Shown in pieces: positions 23,314 to 34,785 of a stretch of DNA of 34,845 nucleotides. The translations under genes were made by a program, and so were the position numbers. This DNA is from Psammoneis japonica (Eukaryota). Below the pieces are notes generated by a model. It saw nothing but the letters and a program-made list of their open reading frames with translations, did no database searches and was not told the DNA's origin. Numbering within the stretch: position 1 is the first letter of the stretch; every line of letters begins with the position of its first letter. The stretch is taken from the NCBI GenBank assembly GCA_008632985.1, contig QPGO01000136.1, forward strand, positions 186,001-220,845. The letters run 5' to 3'.

Positions 23314-23930
23314 CTGGAACCGACCACAGGCAAAGTCATTTTTTGACCTTTCTCGCAACCACGAAAAAAGCACGTGTCACATCGGATCAACCATGATGAT
23401 GCCTTGCGACTCTTCCCCAATGCCTTCCCAGGACACCGTTCCCACTGGCACTGTTGACAATGGCGCTGATGCAACAGGCAATGTCATCACTTCTGTTCTG
23501 AGTGGCCTGATGTGTGCAAAACAAGATGCTGCAAACTGACGCTGTTGTCTCCATGCTCCACTGCCTCCCACAGATGCTGTCACAAATGCCAGCACCGCCC
23601 CTGTGTTTCTTTTGACTGGCATGCCCGACACTGTTGCTCACTCCCTCAGTGCAACAGGTGCTGTTGATGCTGTCATTGTCTTGTGCCAACAACATCTGCT
23701 GTCAATTGCTGCAAACTGACACTGCCATTTCCATGCTGCGCTGTCTCCAACAGACAATGTTGCAAGTGCCAATGCTGCACCTGCACTTGGCTTCACCAGC
23801 ATGCCCGACACTGTTGCTCCTGCCATCACTGCATCATGTTGCAGGCGCGCTGTTGATGCTGATCCACAATCAAGTGCAACCAACTCACACACTGTTTTCC
23901 ATTCCCGCCCCACTGCCTCCCACAGATGCC
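23314..23930 (+). repeat. Left inverted arm with three ~170-180 bp internal subrepeats
   Basis: cctcccacaga-like core at ~23564, ~23743 and ~23915; translates as DSSPMP..DT..SVL.GLM.AK.DA.N...PPTDAVTNAS like the right arm. Confidence 0.8.
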
Positions 23931-26479
23931 ATCATGAGCACCAAGATGTCAATGTCTCCCCCATCATCCCCAACCCCTCCCAATGCTGCTGCACCCCACA
24001 TGGGCGGACGGTTGCCCACTTGCTCTGGCAGTTGTCACCCAAATGCAACTGCCGTGTGATCCAGAAGACATCATTTTTTTTTCTCCTGATCCCACGCCTG
24101 TTGCGCAGGCTCCAACTTGCAATTGGTCCACTCTGGTTGTCCCCTCTCCTGAACGCATTCCCTCTGAGCATTTGTGTGTTGTTGTTGAAGGCATGGAAGG
24201 GCAGGTTCTCAAGCCATCAGGTTTGCAGCTTTGCACTCAAAACAGAAAACAGAAAATCAAGGAAGAGGCAACATTGGAGCTGGACAAATCCACCTTGCTT
24301 TCTTTTCTTCAAGACCCTGTTGTTGACTCTTCTTTTTCTTCTGGGTCTTTCTTGCCTCCCAATGTTCCTTCATTGATGAGAGAAATGCAACTCTAAATCA
24401 CTGTCCAACAACAAGCAAAAGCAAAATGCTTCCAGTGACTCAGCCGAGCCACCCGTCCCCGTGCAACATCACCTTCAAAAGCATTTTCAGAAAAAGTTGT
24501 TCCCTGAAGTTGATTGGGCATTGTTGGATTTGAACCAACTCCTTGCACACCATCACAGTCATTTGATTCTGGAGAACATCCTTTGAGTGCCGGTCAGTTC
24601 CAAGATTGTTCTTTTGATTTCTTCTTCCCATGACACTTTTGCACTGACGTGGAAGCCCGTGCTCACTGCCATGTGTGCTGGCTCTCCCTCCATTGCTGTT
24701 TGCACTGGCAAGGAATTCTTCTTCATCATTGAAGCAACCATTTCCAGCCAGGCCCACCAAAAGAAACTGCAAGAAAAAGACTCAACTGCAACAGAACTGG
24801 AGCACCTTTGCACTCGCCAAGGCGGTGGTGCTGTCGTTGTTGCACCGGTGGGCAGTGCATCTGTGTCTTTTGAGGTCAAGCACTGTGACATGTTCCACTC
24901 CTGTGCAACGTTGCACATGTGGGCTGCACTCTCCCGCACAACAACCACATGCGTTTGCTGCTGGGAAAAGTGAAAAACACAAACCATCATGCTGCAATGC
25001 TCAATCGGTGTGTGCAGGAACTGCGGGGCAATGGCCGTGCTGTTCATGTCCTTTGCCACAATGAGTGTGACCCACTTTTAAAGGACAGCAAACTGGGTGC
25101 TCAGCTGGCCCATTGCAAACAAGGTGGCATTTCTGCAGATTGGACTCGGCAGTTGTTTGACATTGGCACAAGCAACACCACGTTAAATGACTTTGTTTCA
25201 TTTGTCAGGGGCTCATGCAAGACTGCCATTTGTTCCTGTTTTGGATGGTTCATGGCTTTGACCTCCCCAATTCTTGATCAGGCTGCTGTTGTGGCAATCA
25301 CTTGGCAGTTTTGCAAAACAATGCCATTCCACTGCATTGCATTGAGCACTTTGTTGAGCTGCGAGGCAAAGAAAAACCTTTCCACCAAACAACAGCTCCT
25401 TCCCATTTGGGATTGGTTTGTTTTGCATGTTTTCATGTCCATCATGCACATCCAAAATTCTCATTCTTTTGCATGATGGTCCTGCCGCAACACTGCTGCC
25501 ATGTGTGGATCATTGGGCTTGACATCGAGATCAAAGCTTTCTGTGTGTTTTGGACAAGCGGCAACACAACAAACGCCATTGCAGAAGACACGTTTGTTTG
25601 CCAACTGTGCAACTGTCATGGACAATGCAAACAAGTCCTTGATTGCTTCTGAAACCTTTGGCGCACCCACATTTGACAATTCTCAGGTGCATCTTTGCCC
25701 CATTGTCATGCCATTCCACATGTTTTGTTTCTGCATTCATGGCACCAACTGTCCATTGATTTCTCATGCTTCTTGAGGTGGTGGAATTGCTTGAGTTTCA
25801 GTGCAACCGCCAGTCCTCCAATGTCGCCAAGACCACCTCTTGAATGTTCATCAAGCCGCATGTCCAGCCCCTTGCCCAACTTTGCATCTTGTCCAACGGC
25901 AATCTCTCCACCTGACTCCATCACTCATGTCAACCAATGCATTCCTTTGCCATGTGGCATGCCCACATGTGAGTCCAACCCTGCTTTGCTTTGTGCTGAT
26001 GCATTGATTGCAGCCTTCCAAACCTCCAATGCATTTCTGGAAGCTGCAGATTCAACTGGCACCCGTGCAGCCCGGCATGCATCAATTGTGTCTCTTGCAA
26101 CTGTGGCACACATGCACCGAAACTGTGTTCCTTGGGTTGGCGCTGCTTTTCTTTTCAGCCCACCTCTGGTGTAGAATCCATTGATCAGATGCAGGTCCAA
26201 CAAAAGCTCACACCCAACTGAGCGGCAAAGGGATTCTGCCACTCCTGCAATTTCTTCCAATGACACGTGAAACACAGGTTTGGTGTGGCACACCTCCACA
26301 TGTGTCCATCTTAATTCCTCCAGTTTCCTGTGAGGATGAGACGACAAGCAAAGGTGCCGGCAAGGTCATGCTTGGTCTGCTTCAGCTGTTTGACATTGTC
26401 AAAGCTGTGTTGGCACACAACAAGGTGTCTCGGGAGAATCTGTGCAAGACGTGGTCCTGTCGGAAGACTGTCAAAAGCA

Positions 26480-28055
26480 TTGGCAGCACAGAGAAAGCAA
26501 GGCTGGAATGGCAAATTGGCATGGAGAGAATCAACAAAGGCGGCAATGTGATGTGCCTTTTGTTCCTTGGTTAGTGTCCCAACAAGAGAGACAATGTCAA
26601 ACAAATGGAAAGCGTCGCTCCAATCCAACCATGTTGACAAGTTTGCCTGAAACGTCTCAATTTTGGTTCAGTGGTTTGAGCAGAAAATGCACTTGTCTGC
26701 ATCAGAACCAGCTGCAAGCAAGGCAGAGAGCATGTTGGAGACAATTGTGAATGGGCAATCACCACAAATGTCACCAAGAATGACACATGATGATGCCTCA
26801 TGTCATCAGGTGATGGCCAATGGCAGTGGTCAATGTTTCTCCCAATCAAATTCTCTGTGGACAAGACAATTGGGTGTGTTGCATGTTGCTGTCATGAGAA
26901 GCAAGGGAATGGAATGCATTGAGTGCACCCACAAAAGAAAGCAATCACGGAGGCCCTGGAATTTGGACCAAAATGACAGGCACAAAAAGATGAATTTTGT
27001 GTCCAAGGCAATCATCCGAAGCAAACCATTGTGCAAAATGCCAAGAAGGAGCTGCAGCAGCACATCATTGGCAACTGTCAACTGAGGCAAGCAAAACAGG
27101 AAAACCGTGCCATGCACTGAAGGTGAAAGCTGCCACATCCAGTCAAAGAACCTTTGCATGTGAGTTGGATTCTTTGAAATCTCATCCAAATGAAAGGCTG
27201 AGACAGGTCCATGTGTTGCTGGCCTTGTTTGGCTCATTGCATTGTTTTGCGGCACTGATCCAAACCAAGGGACAACAGAGGGATGACAGCAAGGATGATG
27301 CCTTGAAGACAAACCCCCACAATGTCACGAACAAGGGATTTGCCACCACCAGTGGGTCAGACAAGCAAGAAAGGATGGATGTTTTGGTTCTGCATTGATG
27401 CAAGGATGCTGCACCCCATGTTTTGCTGCCAAGCATGAGGGTGCTTGCCAAAGACATCAACAGAGATGCCAACACAGGAATTGTGGATGGCGTTGACTGG
27501 CAGTGCAGGGTTGGCATTGACAGCATCTGTGGGAGGTGGTGGGGCAAGAATGGAAAGCAGCGTCAGTTGTTGGCACCACTCAATTGTGGATGTTGTTGGC
27601 ACAACAAAGTGGCAGCATCAACAGCACAACAGCATTGGGCATGCCCATGGACCCCAACGCAGGTGCAGCATTGGCATTTGTGACAGCATCTGTGGGAGGC
27701 GGTTTGGCGAGGAAACAACAGTGTGAGTTGGCGTCATTTAATTGCAGATGTCATTGGCACAAGTCAATGACATGTTGTCAACAGTGCCGGTGACAGCAAT
27801 GGCATGAGCAACAGCATTGGGCATGCCGGTGGACCCCAATGCAGGTGCAGCACTGGCATTTGTGACAGTGTCTGTGGGAGGCGGTTTGGTGAGGAAACAA
27901 CAGCGTGAGTTGGTGGCATCTCGTTTTGCACGCATGAGGCCGTTCAGAACAGAAGCAATGATGCTGCCTGTTGTGCCAGTGTCATTTGCAACAGTGTCAG
28001 CAAGAATGGTGTCCTGCTGCAAAGGCATTGGGGAAGAATCGTGAGACATCAACAT
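26480..28055 (-). pseudogene. RecQ-family (SF2) DNA helicase remnant with repetitive N-terminus
   Basis: Minus strand: Q-motif VFGKHPHAWQ; motif I LLV*PTGGGKSL (PTGGGKS at 27356-27336); motif Ia AVIPLLSLGLDQ; Ib FLFCLPQ; degenerate II LRMIALD; III IPLLLMTATC; IV KCIFCSN; then LVGTLTKEQK..FLCAANA. Stops and frameshifts present; motif VI not seen. Confidence 0.85.
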
Positions 28056-28132
28056 GGTCGAGTGGAGTTGACGCGTGCTTTTTTGTGGTGTGGAAATGGC
28101 CGAAAAAGTGTCTTTGGCTGTTCGGTTCCAGG
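27518..28132 (-). repeat. Right inverted arm with three ~165-180 bp internal subrepeats
   Basis: tctgtgggagg core at ~27526, ~27689 and ~27871; reverse complement aligns to 23314-23930. Confidence 0.8.
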
Positions 28133-29373
28133 CAACTCCAGATTTGTGGGCACCATGGGATGGGAGTTTTTACTTGACGACATGTGCACATTCACAAGAA
28201 CATGAGCACATCCGACTCAACGCATGTGATGTCACAACACATCGCCCACACCCAGCACATCCCATGGGACCACGGGACCATGGGCAGTCACGTGGCGGTC
28301 TCCACTTCAGTGCTTCAGAAGTCAAGTCATGATGGCAGCTTTTCTGCCACAAGAAAAGCATTGCCAGATCGATCAAACCATGGCGGCTCCTCTGTCTGCC
28401 ATGCAATGCAGCAGTCGGTCCATGTTGTACAGCAGTTGCTTTGTGGCAGGGCATCGGGCTTGCACTTTGCGCGTACCGGCACGTACGGTGACTACTCTAC
28501 ATGCCCACCGGTGGAGAGAGGAGCACGAGGTGCGTGCTGGAGCGCGCAGCTGTGGGTGACGAAAACGAAATGAAAACAATGGTAATTCGTGTGGCGATGG
28601 CGTCCCATGATGGATGCAGTGGCTCTTTGCTGCACCTCCCGAAGTGGCCTCCCGACCCTCCGCCATGGCCATCCTTCTTTTTGCGGATCCTTTTCCCTGC
28701 CGTTCTTGCCTTTGCCATCGTCTCCTTTCTTCATTCCCTTTCGGTCACTCCCTTCGCTCCTTTCGCCTGTACATTTCTACGCCCCTTCTACTGGCCCCCA
28801 GTTTCCACGATTGCCAATTGCCCTTCCAACTGCTCACTCCATTGCCCTTCCACTTTTCTTCACTCCCTTTCTTCATCCCAACAACTGCCCCCTGCCATTT
28901 CCCTTTCTGCTCTTCCTCATGCCCTCTCTCCTTCTCTGCCTTGTTCGTTTCTTTTCCCTGTGGCCCCTCTCTGCCCCCTGACCTCTTCCCCATTTCCTCC
29001 TCCAGCAACCCCTTCAATTGCCCCCCTTCCTCCCATGACTCCCTTCGCGCCTTTAGTTGTGACTCCTCTCCTATCGTTCCACATGCCTTTCTATGCCCCT
29101 TTGAACACGATTGCTTCCGCACTCCTCTACAGCTTCCCCTGCCCTTCGGCCCTCTCCACTGCCCCTTTCTCTTCCATGACTCCCTTCGCGCTTCTGCTTG
29201 TGCCTTCCTCCCTGTGTTTCCATGCATCCTCTACGATCATTTGTGTACGATTGCCCACGTCATGCCCTCACCTTCCCTCCTCCTATCTTTCTACACGTTC
29301 TGTGACCTTGTCGCTGTTTTTGGCGATCCGCACACAACAACGACTCTCTGCAACTTTCTCTTCTCGCTTGATC

Positions 29374-31054
29374 ATGTCCACTCTCGCCTCCGCTCCTCCC
29401 GCTGATGTCAAGCTTTTAGCTCAGGTCCTTCATCCCACTGACCTGCCTGATGTGCCTGCCATTGCTCTCACGTCTGATGTCATTCGTGACATCATTCTCA
29501 AGACGCTGGAGCATCACAGTCGGCGCGTCTCTCCGCTCCTCCTCACTCTTGGCTCTGCGACGCTTGCCGAAACCAAGAAGCGCTCCTGTCCTCACCAGAA
29601 TCAGTGGGCGTCCTACTCTCACGTTGCTCTTCACCCGGTGACCCCCGATGGCACCACCTTTTCCTTCGAATCCTTCCGCAGCCAAGCGCTCTCCTTTCTC
29701 CTTCAGAAATGGCATCTACACCCTGCGTCGCACTTCACCCCCTTCCGCTCCACTGGCTCCCCTTCCAATTTTCTCCACCCTGACTTCTCTCCGGTTTTGG
29801 CTGTGGACAATCCTTGGGCTCGGCGCTGTGCCTTTGTGATCCCGGCCTGCAACTCTTTCGAAGAAAAGGCTCATGGTGTCCTTGCTGGCCCCTCTTCAAC
29901 CCTCTACAGTTCTTCTCGACGTGCTTCTGAGTTTCTTCTATCCCGCCTTTATTCCTTCCTTGTTGGCAAGATCTCCAGCACTGCGACCAATCCCATCCTC
30001 CAATCCTTCCGAGACTGTCCCACCTTTCTCAAATCTCGTTGGAATTCGTCCTTCGCAATGCCCTGCTAACTCGGCCCAGGCGCGACGCCGCTCTCTTCCG
30101 GTTTTTTACATTTCCACTGCCTCCGATGCCGTCTGGAACACCCCACTTCACATCACTGATCCATCCAATGCGCCGCCTGCCTCCTTCTCCATCCTGGGGA
30201 CCTCCACTGCCATCATTCCCTTCCCAGCCCCGGCCAACTTTGCTTCCACCTACAACGCCCTCTCCAAGCTCATTTCGCGTCAGAGCAACATGAAAGTGGT
30301 TGTCTCTGACCGTCTTCTTCTTCCTCTCACCCAACCTGGCATCAGTCGTCTCCTTGCCACAACCAATCTTCGCTCCCTCATCCCCATCTTCTCTGCTCAT
30401 GACTCCCTCCCAATCAAGCACAAGCTGCTCTTTTTCCCGTCTCCGTGCACAATTGCTCTTGTGGATGCCAACCCACATGACTGTCCCGGCTTTCCCTTGG
30501 ATCTCCTTACCTCTGTGGCGGAATCTACCCATGACGACAGTGTGACTTCCCCATCCTGCGCCTCTGCTGCTCTTCAGCCGCCCGCTCCCTCTCGAGATTC
30601 TTTCTCGTGTCGTGCCCTTGAGCTGCTTGCTCAAGACTGGCAGCTCCCCAAGCCCCAAGATCCGCTCCCTGCTGCTGCATCTCCTTCCTCCCATCCTCCC
30701 CAAGCCCGCTCCCTCACCACCGAGCCTCCTCCCTCCAAACGTCCCCACTCTTCTCCCGACACTCTCTCTCCGCCCCCCGCCATTCCTGCCGTAGTTTTGC
30801 AGACTTCTCCGCCCCCCACCACTCCCGATGCAATTGTGCAGACCGAATCTGATGACTCGGTTTCTCCCCAACAGTCCCAGCGCGAGATGGAACTCTTGGA
30901 TGTCCTTGATGCCTTCGCAGGTGCTTGCTGCCCGGCCCGCCTTTCTACCTGGCAACCTTTCTACGAAGAAGCCATCCGGGCTGCAGCCCCTGACATCGAC
31001 TCCCTCCGCGATCTCATCGCCTCGTGGAACCCACCGAAGCCCGTGCCCCGCTAA
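29374..31054 (+). pseudogene. Retrotransposon ORF1 (unknown function, Pro/Ser-rich C-terminus), one frameshift at ~30025
   Basis: MSTLASAPPADVKLL...QSFRDCPTF continues in the next frame as SNLVGIRPSQ...SWNPPKPVPR* (TAA 31052-31054); the last ~30 codons are conserved in copy 1. Confidence 0.6.
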
Positions 31055-34000
31055 CTTGCCCCTTCTGCTCCTGGTCCCCTCCTTCCATTGATGCCCCTTC
31101 TGCTCCTGGTCCCCTCCTTCCATTGATGCATCATCCCTTCCTGCTTCTGTGTGCAGCCATCTTCGCCAGGAGCATCCCCGCCTCTCGCTTTCTCATGCAC
31201 CTGCGTCCTTCTTCGATGCCGCTGGTTTGCATGTCTGCAGGCATTGTGATCACAGCCAATGCACCCACCTGTCTACCACCCACCTTCGCAATCACTTGCA
31301 GAACAAGCACTTCGCTCCTCGCTCTTCCCTTGACACTGACATTGTTCTCTCGTCCTTCCATAATCTGGGTGACTGGGGCTCCTCGCTACAATGGCTCCAT
31401 GCTCTTGCACTCGAGCCTCCGCCTTTCCGAGCTTCCTGCCGCCGCAAGCTCTCGTCCTCTGCCCGTAAGGAACTCTACTCTGCTCTTCATCAAGTGACAA
31501 GCTGGGCACTGGCCGCCTCCCAGCCTCTCTCTGACCCCTCCCACCTCATTCCTACGTGGCAACGTGACTCTGCTCCCTTCTGGAAGCTGCTCTTACTCTT
31601 TGAAGCTCTCATTCTTGCTCCTGTCCCGCCACGCTCCAAGTTTGGCCCTGCCATTACCTCCCGCTTGTCCCTCTTCCGCCGTGGCTGCATTCGCCAACTC
31701 TGCCACGAAGCCTGCTCCCATGCGCCACGCCTCTCCTCATCTTCCCCCAACTTTTCTGCTTCCACCTGTTGCCACTCCGCTCAAGTTTGCGCCGACGAAG
31801 GTAACTTTCACTCGGCCTGCTCCAAGCTCACCTCTGCGCTTCCTGTTGCTGCCGTTACTCCTGAGCGCCTTCCCACCATCCTCAAGCTCTACCCTCCTCG
31901 CCTGCACCCCTCCGACCTGCCCAATCCTCCTTCAACTCGCTCGGCCTCCTCCCTTCATAATGAGCCTGTTGAGCTCTCCTCCGATGCTCTTCTTTCCGCT
32001 CTCTCCAAATGTAAGCCTGGGACTGCTGCCGGTGTCTTTGCTGATTCTACCGACCTTTTCAAGTCCTGCGCCCTCTGTTCTGCCAAAACCCCAACAGGTG
32101 TTGCTCAACGCCCCTGCTTGTCATCCTTTCGTGAGCTTGTCCTTCTTCTACTCCATGGCTCCATTCCTTCCTCCGTCCATTCCTTATTTGCTTCAAACTA
32201 CTTTGTCGCTCTGCATGAAGATGCCAGCGACCTCAACAAGCTTCGCCCCATTGGCGTCGGCACTGCTCTTCGTCGCATTGCCGGCTCCGTCGTCATGACT
32301 CTCTTTGGTTCTGCATTTGCCGAATGCCTCCTCCCAGATGGTCAATTTGGCATTGGTGTCAAAGGTGGCCTCGATTATCTCATTCACTCTGCTCTTGCCA
32401 ACATTGAACCGCATCTTTCTTCTGCCGACTCCACCAAGGCTCTTCTTCTTCTTGACCTCGTCAACATGTTCAACGAAGCATCTCGAGATGCCTGTCGACA
32501 CGTTCTCACCTCCACCCCTGCCTTCCATCCTCTGCTTCCTTTTTTTTGACCTTCTATGTCAAAGTTCCAGTGCATGTTGGCATCGCCGACCCGACTCTTC
32601 CTGGGGCTCCTTTCTTCAAGAAGAGGGATTTGCCCAAGGATGCCCTCTCGGCCCTGTCTTCGCCAGCCTGGTCCTCTCTCTGGTTCTTCGTCCGATTAAC
32701 CAAGAGCTTCAAGAACGCATTCCTGGCCGTTCCTCTGTCTCAGTTGGCTCCTGCATTGACGATGCTCACGCTTTCCTTCCCCATTCCGTGCTTCCATGGT
32801 TCCTTGAACGCTTCTCCGTTCCTCGGTGCCCCCTGCGGAATCTCCCTCAACCTCCGTAAAACCAAGATCCTCACCTCCATTGCCGGTGTTAGCCCCATCC
32901 CTGCTCTTCCCCCTTCCCGCGCCGATTCTCTCCGTGCTGCACTTTCCTTCTTAAACCCCACCAATGACCCCTCTTACAACCCCGAACTCACCTCTGGTGT
33001 TCGCTTCCTTGGACAGCCCCTCGGCTCCCACGACTTCGCCACCTCTTTCCTTTCCGACACTTCCTCTACTCTCTCCGACAAAGTTGACATGCTTCTCACC
33101 CGTCTCCATGATGAACAAACCCAGGCTCAACTCTTCAAGCACTGTTTTGTTCCATCCTCTGCTCACCTCCTTGGAGCTGACTTCTGCTGCAACTTCGACC
33201 CCGACAATCCTCCCGACCCCTTTCTCTGGACCTCTCCGTTTCAAGATTTCCTCCTCACCGTTACTCACCGCTTTCTACACTACGTCACTTCCTTCGCCGC
33301 TCCTTTTCCCGACCACTCCATTGCCATCGCCTTCCTTCCTGCCTCCTTGGGCGGGTTTGGTCTCCAGGACCCAACAGCTGCCGCCATTCCTTCCTTCTTG
33401 GTGTCGCTTCTCCGCTCGTTCCGCTTTGCTTCGCACGGTGTCAGCCTGCCATCTGGCGCTTCTGTTTCCCTTCCGCGCTGCTTTCGGCTCTCCCTGTCTT
33501 CCTGGTCCAACCCTCGCTCTTCCCTGCGACTCTGTGCGCTCTTCCGCCGTCATGCTCCCGTTCTGGCTTCCGCCTCTGCCCTTTCCTCTTCTTCCTTGGC
33601 TGCCCTGGTTAAATCGGCCACTCTCCCTGGCCTGGCCCGTCGTCTCTACCATGAACATCAGCAACAAGCAGTGACCTCCATCCTTGCTAACTCATCTTAC
33701 GACGTGCAATCTTCACTCCCTTCATTGCTGTCTCCGCTTACAAGCCTCCCTCTTCATTCCTTCTCTCGTCGCTTTCCAAGCTCCCGCCTTTCTTCGGATG
33801 CCTCGCTGTTGCCGCCCTTCGTAAGCTTCGTCTCCCCATCCTTCCTCCGTCCCTTGTCAACACTCCCTGTCCCTGTGGCCATGCCATTCTGGATGCCTGT
33901 GGTGATCATGCCTTTTCTTGCCGCCGTGCTCACAAGTCCAAGCTTTCCAATGGTCTCCGTGACACTGTTTTCATCCTAGCCCAAACTTTGGGTCCTCTTG

Positions 34001-34785
34001 CAGAGTTCTGTCGATCCCCCAATGACGTTCATCTTGAACCCACCAACCTGCTCCCCACCCGCCCGCTTCTCCGTCCCCGATGTCGGCATTTCAATCCCCC
34101 CTCCCGCCTCCCTTTCCGCTCCCTCCCGCCATCACTACATTGCAGTGGACGTCACCGTCCCTCAAGCTTCCTCTCGCCCTCCTCCAGGTCTGCCTGCCCC
34201 CTCTTCTCCTATCTTAACTGAGGCACACCACTCGAGCGCGAGATTGAAGTTTCTTGGCCCCTCTGCTTCCTCTGCTGATGGATCCCTTGTTGTTTCTTCG
34301 CTCAACAACAATGGCATCTTTCTGCTCCCCTTCACTGTAGATCACCTTGGTGGTCTCGGCTGCTTTGCCCACCGCTTGCTCTTTGGTTCTACATCCCCCT
34401 CCGTTTGCTCTCAGCCCAAGCCACCCTGGTCCTCTTCCTCTGACCTTCGTCACTCCGATGCCTCCTACTCCGCCTTCCTCTACGCTTTGTCATCTCCGTC
34501 TGCAATCCTTCCCTCTGCTGACTCCGCATGGCGTCGCCTGTCCGCCGATCGCTTTGGAACACCTACCGTACAGCCACCCCATCCCAGTGGGCCACCCAAA
34601 CTCTTGGCTACAACGTTGTTCTTCACCTTTCTACGCACATCCTCCGATTCACCTCCTCTCTCCCTGCCCCTCCTCACCCATACCTTCCACAAAACGCCCT
34701 TCGTCTTGCGTCCTCGACCTTTTACTCTACCGTCTCTACAGCTACCTCCGTGCCTCCCTCTGCTGTTACCTTCCGCTCTACATAG
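31024..34785 (+). pseudogene. Retrotransposon ORF2: 2x C2H2 zinc finger, reverse transcriptase, CCHC knuckle, restriction-like endonuclease; frameshifted
   Basis: KLRPIGVGTALRRIAG, QFGIGVKGG, LDLVNMFN, EEGFAQGCPLGPVF, SCIDD, VRFLGQPLG, LPASLGGFGL, RP.DV..IAVDVT, LPFTVDHLGGLG; stop TAG 34783-34785. Confidence 0.88.
31058..31127 (+). repeat. Exact 35 bp tandem duplication
   Basis: gccccttctgctcctggtcccctccttccattgat occurs at 31058-31092 and 31093-31127; it is single in copy 1. Confidence 0.95.

Larger units (their letters stand above)
23113..28289. mobile_element. Degenerate long-inverted-repeat element carrying a RecQ-like helicase (possible AcademH-like DNA transposon); outer limits approximate
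   Basis: 23314-23930 is a diverged reverse complement of ~27518-28132; weaker similarity (gactg..cccatgg..ccc) extends to ~23113 and ~28289. The helicase remnant lies inside. No transposase or TSD recognised. Confidence 0.5.

Noticed and set aside
16780..28470. Dense six-frame ORFs rich in Cys, His, Gln and Met
   Set aside because: Loss of TpA removes TAA/TAG stops and converts Tyr codons to Cys/His, inflating spurious ORFs; only fragments with family motifs were annotated.
28590..28680. Possible HDV-like ribozyme at the retrotransposon 5' end (cac-ctcccgaa-gtg resembles P3/L3)
   Set aside because: I could not identify matching P1, P1.1 and P2 pairings; a covariance-model search would be needed.
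28501..29373. N-terminal part of the 522 aa ORF 28501-30069
   Set aside because: Low-complexity Pro/Ser/Leu/Phe translation of a pyrimidine-rich leader that lacks stops by composition; ORF1 more plausibly starts at ATG 29374.
30029..31123. 364 aa antisense ORF (and similar minus-strand ORFs such as 13896-14657)
   Set aside because: Gly/Arg/Glu-rich shadows of the C/T-skewed sense strand, with no motifs.
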